Source: Phoronis australis
Lineage: Eukaryota; Animalia; Phoronida
Assembly (NCBI GenBank): GCA_002633005.1
Contig: NMRA01000138.1
Location: 679,963 to 743,962 of the forward strand
Direction of reading: 5' to 3'
Length of the DNA: 64,000 nucleotides
The first letter of the stretch is position 1. Every line of letters begins with the position of its first letter. This document shows positions 37,501 through 52,500 of the stretch, piece by piece. A program made the translations under genes and the position numbers. The notes beneath the pieces were generated by a model. It was not told the origin of the DNA. It did not search any database and saw only the letters and a program-made list of their open reading frames with translations.

Positions 37501-40500
37501 AGGTCTCATCACATCCAACAGGTGGGGCTGGTCGGCCACGGGGGAAGTAAAAACCTACTTGTTATTCAGGCCTTACCTGTCTTAACCTGATAGTACAGTA
37601 AACATTCTCCAAATCAATTTGGGACAGTTAAAAATGAAATATTTTGCTCAAGGTTGGAGCTTGTCCCAAATTCTAGAAATAGGCAATATTAGCGTAATTA
37701 CCTATCCTGTAGATTGAGAACACATTGTCTGAAATTTGAGAAAAGTGATGAACACCAAAATTACCCTTTGCCCAATTTCTTGGATGAAGAAAATTCAATT
37801 TTGCTGGAGCTTTTGTGTTCCAAATTCTAGAAACTGTCCCAAATTGGAGAACTTTATAGTACATATGATAGTCATCACACACCATCAAGTGTGTATTGAA
37901 CCAAATTGTATGTTTATTGCTTACAGTTGTTCCCTGACCACCATGGAGTTGCCCTGTGGTCAATTTGTGAATAGTCCACAAATGAAACCCCAGTTGAAAT
38001 TGCCTATTTCAGCCAGCAGTAAAACCTGGATCTCTCAAACCTAGACCATTGTTCTGGCTCACCACAGAAATCCTGTGTAACTTTAGATTTCCACTTAGGT
38101 AGCAACTTGGACAACTTTGTCATCCTATGCGATTATGTTCAAATTTTGTCATCTCATTTGAACATGCTTAAGATAATTCATGAATCAAAATTTTACACGA
38201 CCTGGTTAAGAATGGTGAATTTAGGAGCAGCAGGTAATATCTGAGTTATGGGTCATTTCACAATAAGTATCAAGTTGTCAGACACCAGGAGTCGCTTGAG
38301 GTCCCTTTAGTATGTCCCATGTGCACTGTATGCAACCTTGAATCAACATGAGGTATTTTAGCACATTTGTTGTTTGGTATGGTTGGTTTGCACTGCATTA
38401 CTATGCTTATGCCTGCTTGAAAATGTTGCTTATAGATACTAGGTTGTGGTGCAGTGTTTCTCACGTAAAAATCATTACATAATACATATCGCCATCAGAC
38501 CACCACTCAACACTATTACATCAACTGTGTCAATTTTACCAAAAACATAACAAGATTGTACACCTTCATTTTAGTGAATTGCGCGCTTCACGATTACTTT
38601 CTTGGAACTCCAGTATTGAATGTCCATAGCCATTGGAGAGTAGGTTCTTTAAAGCACATACAAATAACTAGGGCAAATCAACATTTCCAGCTTTAAAGTA
38701 GAACTTTACATTGTGGAATTACAAAAAATTCAAATATCGTAGTTACATGCTGTATTAAAAAGCACTTATATTTATTCTGTAAAAGAGAATTTTGAAGAAA
38801 AATCTTTAAGATATGTGGTTTTTTAGATTGTTGCAGTGCAGTAACTGCTCTTCTTGGTTGGTTAGTGCAGTTACAACTGTCCAACAGCCAAAATACATTT
38901 TGTTGTATAAAAGCTTTATTTTGACCTACTTACTAGCTGGCTAAAAATGGAAATTGAATCAGGACTTGAATTCTCATAAATCATTTCCTAATATTCCTTC
39001 CTGTGATAAGATACTGTTTCCGTTACCAAAAAGAACATTGAAAGCATGAGTGACTCAATTCAACACTCATGAGTTTATTGGGGTTAGCAAACCCAAAAAT
39101 TGCGAATTTGAAAATGGCTCATGTGCCCGTTGCCTGTTGTGCTCTCATTTGGCAGCAAGTCAAGATCGTCTCAGAGTTGTAATGTTTTTAAATCCCCCAG
39201 CACTTTGGTTAAGAATTTAGCATTGAAAGCCAAACAGTAGCGAAATGCTCCTTTAAGAGATCAATAATCTTGGTATAATTCTGTCCTTCCCATTGTAAAA
39301 AGTTCGCCTTTCGTTACACCTTGTGTTTCTGATGTGTCTTGTGATCTAGGAATGGTTGCTTTTCAGAATGAGTTGGACATTGCCAATAAAAAACTGGCAG
39401 AGGTTGAGAAGAAGTTGTCTAAAGTGGAGGAGGAAAGAGTAGGTTTCCACGTCTTGTCTGCATAACTAACCATTGTCTTGACTCATTTTACAGGCACCGA
39501 TTGTATTTTTCTGCACGTGGGTGGGCTTGATGCCATTGATTTTGAAATTGTTAACTTGTTATTTGTTTTGTATGTGGCTAACTATTTCAGGGCACAACTC
39601 TAACCTGCACAAGGTTTTATGGTGTAAAGTGTGGAAACTTGTACTTTGTAACTGGTGTGATCTACTGTCATTCTTTCAGAGCACCTAATGTAACAAGGGA
39701 TAGAGTTACTGGGTGTAGTGTTATAACAAGCATGCTGTATTAGTAGATGTTATTGTTTGTTGGGTTATAACAGGGAAGAGTTGCTTAGACAAGGGAACCT
39801 TGCAATAACACAAAAATGTGCAAGACGTGTCAAGAGATCACAGGATCATGACCTATAAGTTTGGCTTTACAAATTACACCCCTCTCACCCCTGATCACCT
39901 GTAGACAGCCCATTACCACACCCTTTGTGTTTCTGATGCATTAAACTTAATCTGGTCCAAATATTTACTGGCCCACTACTTTCTAACAAAACTTTACACA
40001 CTCAGTTAACTCTGGCAAGTCTTTGGAAATAGACTTGACTTGCTGCTTGGCTGAGGAGTATCTTGCTGAACATTGTCAGAATTCCTTTGATGTACAAAGA
40101 GACTGCACCAGTGTAACTCACCTCTCCTTGACTATTCTTGGTGGAGCTAGTTGCTATGGGATTAGGTAGTGATTGAACTTGAGTTCTACATGAGAAACAT
40201 CTATGTGTGTCTCTGCTTATTGTGACAATTTAAGTTTGTTGAAAAATATAATTAAAATTACATAAAAGTTATTCCTCTTGATTTGGTCACTTAGAAAACT
40301 TTGGTATTTGAAAACTTTGGTCTTGTGCAATCTCTGTCAGAATATTACTAATAAAACTTTGTAGCCTTAATTACTCCATTCATCAAGGATGATGTTTTAA
40401 GTTTCTCCAGTTTATTGGAGAGTCGGGAATGTTTGAATGTATGTCCCTGCATGCTTCACTAACTTGGTAATGTTCTATCCAGTGGTTGTGGCATTAATGT

Positions 40501-43500
40501 CATGCACTCAATGTTAACTATGATCCAGCCTTTCATAAAAACTAATTTTTGATATGTACCTGGTCTCAACTTCTCTTACTTGTATTGGAAGTGATGTCTC
40601 AGTGTGGGAAGAGCTGGCATTTAGTGATGGAGATCTAGCTCAACCGTGATTTGGTCTCACCAAGTTGGTTATTTCTGCACAAAACATAGTCTCAAGTTCT
40701 TCCAAGTGCCCATCCTGATCTCTTCGCAGTAAGGAAGATGTTGAGACTGGTTTTATAGCAGCGAAGCTGGTCTAAATCTAAAGTACAAGTTCTATCGAGT
40801 TCTGCTTTGGTGGGTCAAAAATGGCCAACTTCAAAACAATAAAGAAATGAGTGGTTTACTAAGCCAAACATAACACTTATGAGATCAATTCTAACTCTAG
40901 AAAACAAGAAGTGTTAACTTAAATGACTTATTTCTAGACCACATTATTTGTGACCCATTGTAAAATTAAATCACAGTATTCGACACTGACACTCGCTATT
41001 AACCTTTTTACGGGTGATTTTTGGTATAATTCGTCCTCTCAATGATCTGGAATCTAGAAAATATCATGCAGACGGTCGTCTTCTCAGTAAGGTAGCATAT
41101 TAGAAACTCGTTGTTTGTAGCTTTTATTTTTTGATACAAGGCAGTTTCATACCAATGACAATACCTCACAAAGCTTTTCTAAAGTTACAGGGATAACTCA
41201 TGAAAGGATTTTGTAAAGATCTTTTCAATTTTGTTATTTGAAAGTTCTAAAGAGACAATTTTAAGGATTTAGTTTGTTACTATAACATGTTAAAATGTCA
41301 TAGCTTTATGTGTCATTGCGTTTGTGTTAAATTCTGTGCAAGTTTGTCTCCCCTGTAGGGTAGTGCATTTCTTATGAACCTGCTTGTATTGCCCATGTTT
41401 CCTTATGTTATAGCATTTCCTTTGTCAGTTGTGTTTACAGGTTGTCATTGATACTACTACTTGTTTATCCCAACTTGTTGCTCTATATGTTGCTTAGATG
41501 TCATTTGTTTAAACGTTTTTGCTTTTGCAGAAAGAGTTGGAGTTTGCTCAGCAGCAGATTGCTCACTTAAAAGAAGAACTAGTATGTGTTGTGGCCTTAA
41601 TGTGTTGTGGCATCACAGTTCACGCACATAGTTGTAGACATCATGCACTTTCTTGTTTGCACGTCACTTGTAATGTCCAATATGGGTAGTGTCAGGACTA
41701 TTTGAAGGGTGTAAGGATGGATTGTAACTTGCAGCATCTGCAGTGCTTACACACTCTTTAAATCATGGGCGGCGCACCATAGGGGGCTGGGGAGGGGGGA
41801 GGCTATAGCCCCCACTTTTTTCAGTGCTGCGCTGTCCATAGTCTATGGGCAGTGCACCACAGGGGAGCCCCCACTTTTCAGTGCTGCGCTGTCCATAGTC
41901 TATGGGCAGTGCACCACAGGGGAGTCGCCACTTTCAGTGCTGAGCCACCCATGTAAATGTGGCGGGGTTTGTGTTTTATATGCATGACTTTTCTTTGCCA
42001 GCATTTGCACATTGTATCTCTCTACTGCCTCAACTAAATAAGAGGGCATGCTTTTCAGCACCTCTGTAATGACTTGTCTTGAAAGTAGCTTTGCTATCTG
42101 CTACAATATTGGACCTTTCTGGCTCACATAGCCAACAAGTGAAATTCTATTTTGTCGAATTTAGTCACCACAAAATGAAAATTAATTTTCATCTAATACT
42201 TGATTTTTAAGTGTGTTCATGTCATTTCATGAAACAGCAATTGGTTTCCATTGTTGTAGCGAGGTAATTAAATGGGATGGCAAATTTTGCGTTATTTTTG
42301 AACAAAGTAAGTGGATGCGAATTATTATATTCTACTACAACTTCACGCAACGGGGTTTTGAATTTCAACCAATTTCATTCCAAGGTCGCCAACACTGCTT
42401 TTAAGTTTGCCAACAAAACCTGTTGACATATGAGCAGAAATAAATATTTGTCAATTCATCTGTTTGTGGGCAACAGTTCCACTTGAATTACGCCATTGTT
42501 TCTGTCTCCATGCAGTCTCAGCCTATTTGCCATAGCTTGTCAATATATACTTTTGCATGGTTTTGCTTTTGGGACTGATTCCACGCTATTTTGTAAACAT
42601 TGAAATGTCTTTTTGCTACTTTTGCATCCCATTTTCAACATTTACACCTGAATTATGTTTTTCATTTCATTTCCTTTATTTCTTTTTAACTGTTAGCACG
42701 GGAAATTGAAACGGAGCTTTTTGCCCGTGCCAAATGATGTTGTATGGAGGTGGCAAGGTATTGTTTAACTTGCGACATCCATGCAGCGGCCGTAAAAGCA
42801 TCAAATGGTCATCGCCTATGGAACACTATCATTTTTGTTGTCCTTTGTTGCTTCTTTGTTGGATACAACAATACAGGTCGCATGGATATCGTACCTTGGG
42901 CGCACATCAGCAGGTTACCGATAAATGCTTGCCATTATCTTTTTTTTTTAAGAAAGAAAAACAAAGTGAACATGGATACGCCAATCTACCGATCTCTATG
43001 CGACGAGCTTGCGACCTAGTTTCCCGTTCCCCGTGGGTTTCTATTCAAGTGCAGATGACTTAGTGATGCTTTTAATAATATTGAAATTTTCACTTCAAGA
43101 ACTGTATTGGACTTATTAGATTAGACTGACCATTGTGTGGCGTTGTTATTTACTCAACTATTTCTTAAGTATTCACAACTAGGTACAAGTGTTTGCCCTT
43201 AGCTTATAAACTGTTTGTTAAGCAATTAGTTAGGATGTGGTACCCTGGGTCATGTAATATTCCTAAATCTAACTAGGGTATTGATTGTGGACTAAAATCT
43301 ATATTCAGTGATGTAACTAACTAAAAATAGTGACAAATTAATCTTTTATTAGATAATTTGAATGTATTAATTTTAGACTGTGACAATATACATCACGAAA
43401 TTTGTATATTTGATATAATTATCAGTGTTATATGTATTATTTTTTTGGTATTTAATTCAATTGCTCATCAGTCTATGTGTTGTGCTGCTTTGCAGTTGTA

Positions 43501-46500
43501 CCCATTCTGAGTAATTTTTGTAGACTAGAGGATTATGTCTGACAAAACATTGTATTTGTCCAGCTGCTTCTGGTTCTTTTGTTCGATTTCATCATAATAT
43601 TTGACAATTTTGTCATATTTGCGAATACTTTGTTTTGTTATCCTTGTCTGTTAGTATTTATTCTTTGTTTTATTTTTTTCGTTTGAGTTTCCAAGTATTC
43701 ACGTTAGACCTTTATATCAACTAATTAGAAATCATTATATTTCAGGTTGAAAAACAAATTGTCGAAGAAGAGCTGAGGGCTGCTAGTCAGCGAGATACCA
43801 CACGGCAGGTAAGTTTGTTTTATTGGTCTTTATTTTGAAGATCCTTAAAAGGGAAACAAAATGGGTGTTATTTGTAAAACATGGTGTAGTCAGCTATGTA
43901 TCCAGGTGAGGTATTTGATGCACAAATTATAAATAAAAACATTTCTGGAGACTCCTGTGATATTTCTCTTGACATTGTGGAGCCACCTGGCTCCCTCTAC
44001 TGGAGATTGATGACTCGGCTGATTACTGCGAAAATTGTATCACCATCTGTCAGTGTTCCTTGATTTAACACCAGCACTCTTGGCCAAGAGTCAGACAACA
44101 TAAATCTGACTCTGTCTATCTATTCAATGAAGTCCAAGAACTCTCTCACATGAGGCAGCTCTGCAACAGCACAAAGAGGACAATACTTTTCAGAATTGTA
44201 TTGATTAATTTTTTGTGCATCATTAGATAATTGTTGTTTTAAAGAAGGCACTTGCAATTTAGTACATTTTCAAAGCTTTAGTAAGTCCGAAGAAATTCTG
44301 AAATTGCAAGGCGTTACTGAACAATTAGTGCTAAAGTTCTTTGATTTGTTTTCAAACTACTGTATTCATTGATGACATTCCAAATACACATGGAGCAACT
44401 GAACTGGTGTTAAAATTCTGATGTTCACTGATCTGTGTTTGTAAACTAGAAGCAACGAAAAAAGAACCGGTCCAAGTCCCGGTCTAGGAGTAGGGTAAGG
44501 CCAAGTGTTGTCAACAGGTGTTGTGTATCCTACAAACAAAAGAGCATTTGTCATGTTCAAGGGTGTTACACTGAGGTGTGCACGAACTACAGGGAGTGAC
44601 TATTCCCAGCATTACAAACCCAGTGTTGTTTACATTTGGTTAATCGATGTTGTAGAAGAGTTCTTAAAGGTTATCAATGTCAGTGGCTGTTTATGTGCTA
44701 GTTCCCCATTTGTCCAAATATCAAAAAATTAGCCGATATCTGTGAGCTAATGAAACATTGACAATCAGTGTTTTGATACTGTGTTTTGGCTAAAAGCAAG
44801 ACTTCGCAAATATCACATGGTTAACGGCTGCATTACCCTCAATCAAACCGGGAGGTACGTAGTTCTTTTTGTCAAAGTTAAACAAGGCATCACATGACTG
44901 AGATCACATTCGGGTCAGAATCAACAGCCATGTTGTGTTTGCTGGTACAAACATCAATGGAAACTTCAAAATTTCCCATGTTGTTTGCGGACTATTTTGT
45001 GACAAGTTTGCAGATTTTTTTTTTGAGAATCTTAAAATGGGACCGTTCTTGGGGTTTTCTGTGAACAAATTTGGCAAGCAGCTGTTCCGAAAACATTCAT
45101 TATTGACAACCTTTAATAAAGAGTGCAGTTGCCACTCACATTTAAACACAGCACATACCAAAATATAAGAACGATGTGACCGGCATATGAGTACAGGCAG
45201 CCTTCCCCCTCAGAGTGCCTGTTAGTGATGAGTCTGAATGTGGAAATCAAACTTTGCCCCACGCTTTTGTAATATACTCTGTTAAAAATTTTTAATGTTT
45301 ACTTACAAAGTGTGATTTGGGATGCCTGAGTTAAATGCACTCAGGCAGTCTGTGCATCTTAGCAATTATGTTGTTAAACACTGCTGGACCTTGCCCTATT
45401 TAACTGGTTAGAAACAAGAATTGAACAAAGTTTTTTACTTGTATAAAATCTATTGAGGATTTCAAGAGCATTGAAACCATCTGTGACTCAAGAAAACGGT
45501 TCAAATTTTATTGAGTTTGGCTAACCCTAAAATTACGAGTTCAGCAGTGGCACATATTGTCGTCTGTAACTTGAGTTGGTAACTGAAATGGAATTTTCTG
45601 ATGTTTTAATCAGTTTAACAGGGCAAAATACAGTAGGAAACAAGCCATTGGCCTTATGTGGATATAATACACTGTGTTCAACGTTTCATGCTTGTAACAG
45701 TACTGTACATGTATGGAATATACTCTTCAGGGGAGAATTGGAATCATTAATATAGTGCACTGTCTTCACTACAGCAATTCTGTTTTCATCATCTTGGACT
45801 GTTTCATGTGTTTGAACATTGTCGTTTTATCCAACTTCATGTGAAAGCTATACTCATCTTTTTCATTCATGTTGTGCCTCTGAAAATACTTTATTGTAAT
45901 TGTGAAATTACTATAGATTTGTCTTTTAGTTGCCTTAATTTTTACCTTGTGCTAACCTTTATACATTTTATTTAGAGCGCAGAGTCTGGAACGTCTGAGG
46001 GAGAATGTTCAGATCCCAGTACTGTATGTATATACTAGCGAACCCCAATAGATGGCACTTCAAGCTGTGTTATAAATTGTGAATGCTATGTTTATAGTGA
46101 ACATGTATTAACAATCAAACTTTATATCAAGGGCGTACTTTCATAAGAATTAGAAAATTAATATTTATTTTGCAATGGTAGGAAGCTACAAAAACATGGT
46201 TTTAGATTATGTTTGTGTCGTTTTAATATACAAGTCTTTTGTTTATAGTGTTTTGCAATTTTTTGTGAAGACATAGCTCCTTATACTTATTGTTTCGTTA
46301 GTTTTATGGAGTACAGACTAATATAGCCATAGTTGGTTGAAAAAGGGATTAAGGTAATGCATTCTATGGGTAACAATGTTTTTCTAGTTAGTTTGTAAAG
46401 TTTATTGAAAAACATTTAAATGTTTGCAACCTTCATGCAATGACAAGCTGTAGTCCTAAACATTTGCCTGAACCCATGTTGAGGATCTAATGACTTAGAC

Positions 46501-49500
46501 TTGAAACTTTTCCCGCAACGCATGCCATGTGATTGGTCAGTACGGCATGCCATGTCAATTTACAAGTCATTTTGAGTACAGAGGTTAGACGCCAGGCTTA
46601 GAGATGTTTGCCTATCACAGTAGTAACTGTTGTGTACTTAGTTGTCATAGACTTTGTCTTATTTTGGTAAAAATTCCTTGATTTTAGGTGGGAAAATAAT
46701 TTTCTAATAATTTGTAGTCAAGTCTCTGAATGCTATTTAAAAAATAATGGAAATAGTTTTCATAAGAAAAGGAATCTTGTGAATAAGAAATACATAATTG
46801 TCACCCTTCTGTGATGAGCTTGACTGTCCCAAATTGAAGAAATTCCTGAATTAAGGAATATTTATGGTGTGTTCTGTTTAGCAAGAAAGAAATTATGTTG
46901 GTCAACTTTTTAATGTTTAATTGGAATACCTTATTCTTAAGCCTTATTTTTAAAAGAGACATTTGTAGTTAAAGTGTAGACCTTGGCTGACTCTATTTTT
47001 ATCATTAGTAACCAAAGTTTATTGTAAATGTTAATTTGAAATTATTTTCAAGACAAGTACATCTGATGGCAGTGGGAGTGAAAGCTCAGAAGAGTCTGTA
47101 AGTTTTTGTAAAATGTGTATCACCAACTGACACTTATGTAAAGCAATAAATAGGTCTTTAGAAAATGCTAGCAGATTGGAGGATTGAATCCAAATTTTTT
47201 TCTATTTTAAAGGTGACCACTATAAAGTTCTGCATGTTTCACAGCTAGGGTGAAATAGCCAAGTTATAGCATAGTTATGTTCTTAAATTTTTGGTGGAAT
47301 ATCAATTATTTTGTTAAATCTTGGTAATCATCTTCAGAATTTTGAATCAATTATTACATTTGGTGACTAACAGTTTCATTGTTTGTATAAAAATACCCTT
47401 CTTTTAAACAGAAATTTGGGATTTTTGTGCCATTTATCAATAGGTTTTAGTATCACAACCTTACTCAGAATGGTTTATATCTAATTGCATTGACTGTACG
47501 TCGATTGCATGTTTTAAACTTATTTCCTTTCCCATTCAAGAATGTGGAATCTGATGCAGATGTTAAAAAGAGTGGAGCAGGTTCTTTTGCAAAGGAACAG
47601 AAGAAATCATCTCTGTTCACCAAAGTTAAGCCAACTGGCTTAACTGTTCCTAAAAACAATAAGACTACAATAGCTAATAAGAAAAAGACAACTCTTAGCC
47701 TACTTCCAAGTACACCTAAGAATCTGACAGCTCCAACGACCGTAACTTCAAGGTCAAGAAGCGGTGGTTCATCAGGCCAGTTAAACTCTAGAAACACAAA
47801 GAGTCAACCTCCATCTGCTACTTCAGTTTCCAAGCCTGGCAGACGTTTGGCAGTATGTTGATAGGTGTCACTGTGCTACAGTTTGTTAAGCATAGCATTA
47901 TGTTTGCACATAGAATAGGTTGCATGTTTTTATTAGTGCTGGATTATTCATGAAGTTGGAATAACATTGCACTGTGTTATGTTACAGACATTAGTGCTTG
48001 CTTTGTGTAGAATTACATTTTGTACATAGATTAAAATGCATGGTGTTACTGTAATTACATGGTATCAGATATTTGATATTTAGTAGTTGATCTACTTAGT
48101 AATTCACAGTGTTTGTATCCTTGTTACTGTTGATAGATTGTTGTGTCAGTTTTTCCAATACGTCAAATTATACACACAAACATCTAGACTAGGAGGCATG
48201 ATTGCCTCAGGGTCTGAGATTCAGTTACCAAACTCAAGCCAGACTCAAGGTTATTCTGCTTGTCGTTGTCGTTGGAATCGAGTTATATTCTTGAAAAGTA
48301 CAAGTACGTTCTACTTGAGTTCATACACCAGTTGAGTATGAAATATGAGTTGGAGCCTGTCAGTCGCAGTTTGAACATGAAGTTAGGTCCTGGTTGTAAG
48401 TTATTGTATATTGCGTAGATAGCTCAGTAATAGATATGTAGGTGTGATTGTATTGAATCTAAATTTGCCTGTACAGAGAGTAGTTCTGATCTTTAGATAA
48501 TGGGTTTTTAGTTAAGGTATTAGACAAGTGTGGATGTCGTCTTTATTTTGTTTCTTTGTTGTGCTTGATTTTTCATAAATTTCCTTTTTTTATTTTTCTG
48601 TGATTTCCCTTGTCAACTCCATGTCTGCTACATACTTCTTGTGTTTCAGCTTTAGATAACTTAAACGTCTTTATTTCAGCTTGAATCAAGTTATTTCAGA
48701 TTAAATTCTGAATATGTTCAGGAATTAACTAATCTGTTGATTCTAATAATTCCTCCTGTTTTTATTAGGACAACAAACCCGTGCCGCCTAGGGAGTCTCC
48801 GCCAAAGAAGAAGGCAGCCCCAACGACTATCAAACAAAATCCAGGCAATGTGACCAACAACAACAGTGTTACCACAAAAAATAACAATAAAAAGAATGGC
48901 AAGGGTGAGTGGACAACATACAACGTTGTTATTAAAAAGTTTATTTGGGTTGATTTTCAGTCTGTAGTGGTTCTAGTTTTCTGGTCCCCTTTGGAGGGGA
49001 CATTTTTAATGTTAAAGTCTTCAATTTTAAAGCAAGAACAATTCAAGAGCATTGTCAACACTTATTGGCAGCTAGTGAAATGAGTGTAATGAGACCAACA
49101 GAACTTTTAATGTTTGAATTGTAGACATATGTTTAGATACAGACTGTGGAGTGCCTGAGTGTTCTGAAACTACTCTTCTGTAGTCTGTTTTTTGTTAAAA
49201 CTTATGAATAAGTGTTGATAAGTTTTATTACAGTTTTCAATAAAAAAATATGAAATTACAGTAATTCTTCGCTTGTTTAGCACACAACTATGACTGACAA
49301 GTGAAATTCCATTTTGTCAAATTTCTCCTCAAAAATAAAGGTAAAGAAAGATTTAGTCAATTACTACTAGCATGGCTTGTGCTGTGTACATGTCATGAAG
49401 CAACTTTTGATAAAAATTTCCATTGTTTGTAACAGTTAATAAATGAAAATAATCGGTCTTTGAAAAGGAAAAATTCAACTATTTTTGTGTGGAATAGGTA

Positions 49501-52500
49501 GAGAGTTACTTTAAGTGTTGATAAACCTTTCATTATATTGTGCAACCAGTGTATTTGACTTTAACAATTGAAATTTACAGAAACCCAGGATGTCTCTGTT
49601 CAAGATGAGGGTGGCAATGCAGACACAGCCATTTCAGAAAGCAGACGTAACACAAAACTTGATGCAGTGGATGAGGCAGACGGCAACTTTGAGGATGAGT
49701 TTGAGTTGGATGATGAAGATTCATGGGTATGTTTGAGTTGGACGATGAAGATTTGTGGGTATGCTTTTGGTGTTCATTGACATCAGAATCTAATTATTTT
49801 GCTGAATCGGCAATGTAGGATGATTTTCATCCTCACAGAATGCACAGGCATATTTGTTCAGAGCATTCTTTTCTGATGAGTGTCCTGTTTTTGATGAAAT
49901 GTATTTGATTTCTCATGTCTGCAATTCATTTATGAGAATGCCCACATGGCTCGTGCTGACAAATAACATCTACCTGGCTCATAAACCTTAACAGTGACAT
50001 AACAGACAATAATGTTTTGCATAGTTAAAAAAGATGGTGTTTTGGATCTTGGATAGAATTGCAACAGGGTTCTTAACTTTGGGCTCTCTGTGTTCTCTTT
50101 TTGGTGACCGCAAAGTTGATTCTGCGTCTTTGTAGAACAATTACAATTATCGCAAGCAGGAGCCTATATCACTTAGCTTAAGTGTCCTGCAATGCTTTGG
50201 TACAACTTTCCATCATCTATTTTATTCTCTTGGCTACTTATAAGTCATTTGATTTTCGAGATTGTTTTAATCGTTTCAAACAGACACACATATTGATGAG
50301 GTTTAGATGAATAGTGATATGTGTATTGCATTGCAGATGAAAGTTCCCAAAAAGCAGGTGACTGGAAGATTCAAGCAATACAGAAAATTGGTGAGCAATC
50401 AGAAGCATTTAAGAGCATTTTATCATCCCCACAACACAAAATATGTTCAGTTCATTGTTTTATTGAAAAGAATCTTTCACGTTATAGATAGATGTCTTTT
50501 TGTGGTATTGTAATGGTTTTCTCATTGCCAATAAATTATAGAAAAACAAATTGGTTTCATTAAATTAATGTTGAAGTTTGAGTGTCTGTCCTGTTTAAGC
50601 CTTTTTCTGTATAAAGATTTTATAATTATATAGTTACGTTGACATGCTCTGAGATTTATGTGATTTTGTATCGTACATGTAGACACGGCTGAAACTAAAT
50701 GAGTTGATGGAGAAGCTGGACATTACTCAGTCAAGAACAACGAAAAAAGTGTCTACACTGAAGGCTCAGTTCCAGGAACATAAGAAAAAATGGGAACAGG
50801 TGAGTTTGAACTCATGGAGAATAGTTCACCTGTAGTGAAGCTATCACTTGGTAGATGTTGAGTTTGGTAATTAGAGTTTATTATACATAGGTGAGAATGT
50901 GAAGCAGGCGAGTTGTAATGCTCTGTGTAGTAGTGGTGTAACCGTGAAATTGGCCACCTTGTGACCATTGTGCAAATACTTGAAACTTGTAAGAATCATA
51001 ACTCTCACCAATCAGTTATTTGCAGTTTTTACATTACAAAGATTCTTAAATCACTCTGCTTTTGAGGCCAAGCATGAAAATTAATACTTTTGGCAACTGG
51101 GGGAGGAAGGTTGAAATTATTGGTAACTTGTTAGCTCTGTGCATTGAACATTAGTTTTGACTGAGAGAGGGCACTGTTTTGCAGTGAACACAAGCCAATG
51201 GTCTCAATGATGGTCAGATCTGTAATGAGAACACCTTTCAACTATAAATATATATGCATGTAGTTTCACGGCCTGATTTGTATTTCCACGTAGGAACGCA
51301 ACGTACTGATAGAGCAAGTGGAGCAGGCTCAGAAGCTGCAGTTGGAGGCTGAAAAAGAGGCTGACTCAGCTATGTCTCAGCTGGAGGAGTTTATTGTAGA
51401 GCAAGAAAGTCTGGTCAGTTGTCCTCTGTTCTGGAAGATTTCAAAAGTTCTGGAATAGTTTGATCCCACATTGCTTCGTCACATTTATTTGTTAGTACTG
51501 TTAGTATCAAAAACAGGAGTTTTATTGATGTGGCGAATTCAAACCTGAGGTTGTCCTTAAGGTTGTGATTTAGGCCACTTACTATTATAAAATTAGTCTT
51601 GTATTTAGGTTTTAATCTCAATTTAGATACGATTCCTGGGCTCAAGAAGAGCTGACAGTCAATTATTTCTTCATTCCAAGATCATCATTTTACATTATAC
51701 TGGTCTTGATTTGGCAGCAGACTATTTTAAAATTGTTCTAGGAAAAGGAAGAGGATGACAAAAGAAAAGAGCTACTGCAGAAGACTCGTAATCCCACAAT
51801 CAGTCTTGAGCAGGCTGAAGCATCGTTGGATGCAGCTCTAGAGAGGAAGGCTAGCTCTGAGCAGGAATTGACCCAGCTTTTACAGCAAACAGATGATGCC
51901 AAGGTATTGATTACACAAATTGAAGCTTATCATTATTAAATAAACAGCTTTTACCAATTATTCTAGTAAGCACTAAGATTCACGACTGCCTTGTCACGCA
52001 ACCTTTTGATATAATATATAATTGTTATCCATAGTATCACATTTTAGAATCTAGTGTGAGAGTGATCAGTCCCAGCCATTGTTTTCTTTATTACGCACCT
52101 ATTTATTTGTGGTTCTTTGAGTTTGATTTAGAGTCAATGTTATGCAAGCACAGACGCACTCTTGATGAACATAATTATGTGTCCTTGCATTGCCTTAAGT
52201 CTACTGGCTTTTCAGTTGTATTAAAATTCACCAGGAATGCTCCTATGCACGTTTCTTTTTATCCTTCGTTTTGCCTCCCACAGAGTCAGCGTATTCAGAG
52301 TGGCGCCAGTAGCCAGGCGTTATCTGACACTGTTTTAGTACGCAAAACAAGTAGTTCCGGCACCACTGATGTAGTAGTAGCACCACCAGAGACCTTTCCT
52401 CTGGCTGACACAAATGAGTCCCTCCACACTCCTGAAAGTCGTTCATCTAGTAGACAGAAATCAGTCTCTAGTCCTGGTAAACCAAGCTCTGTAGGGGGAG

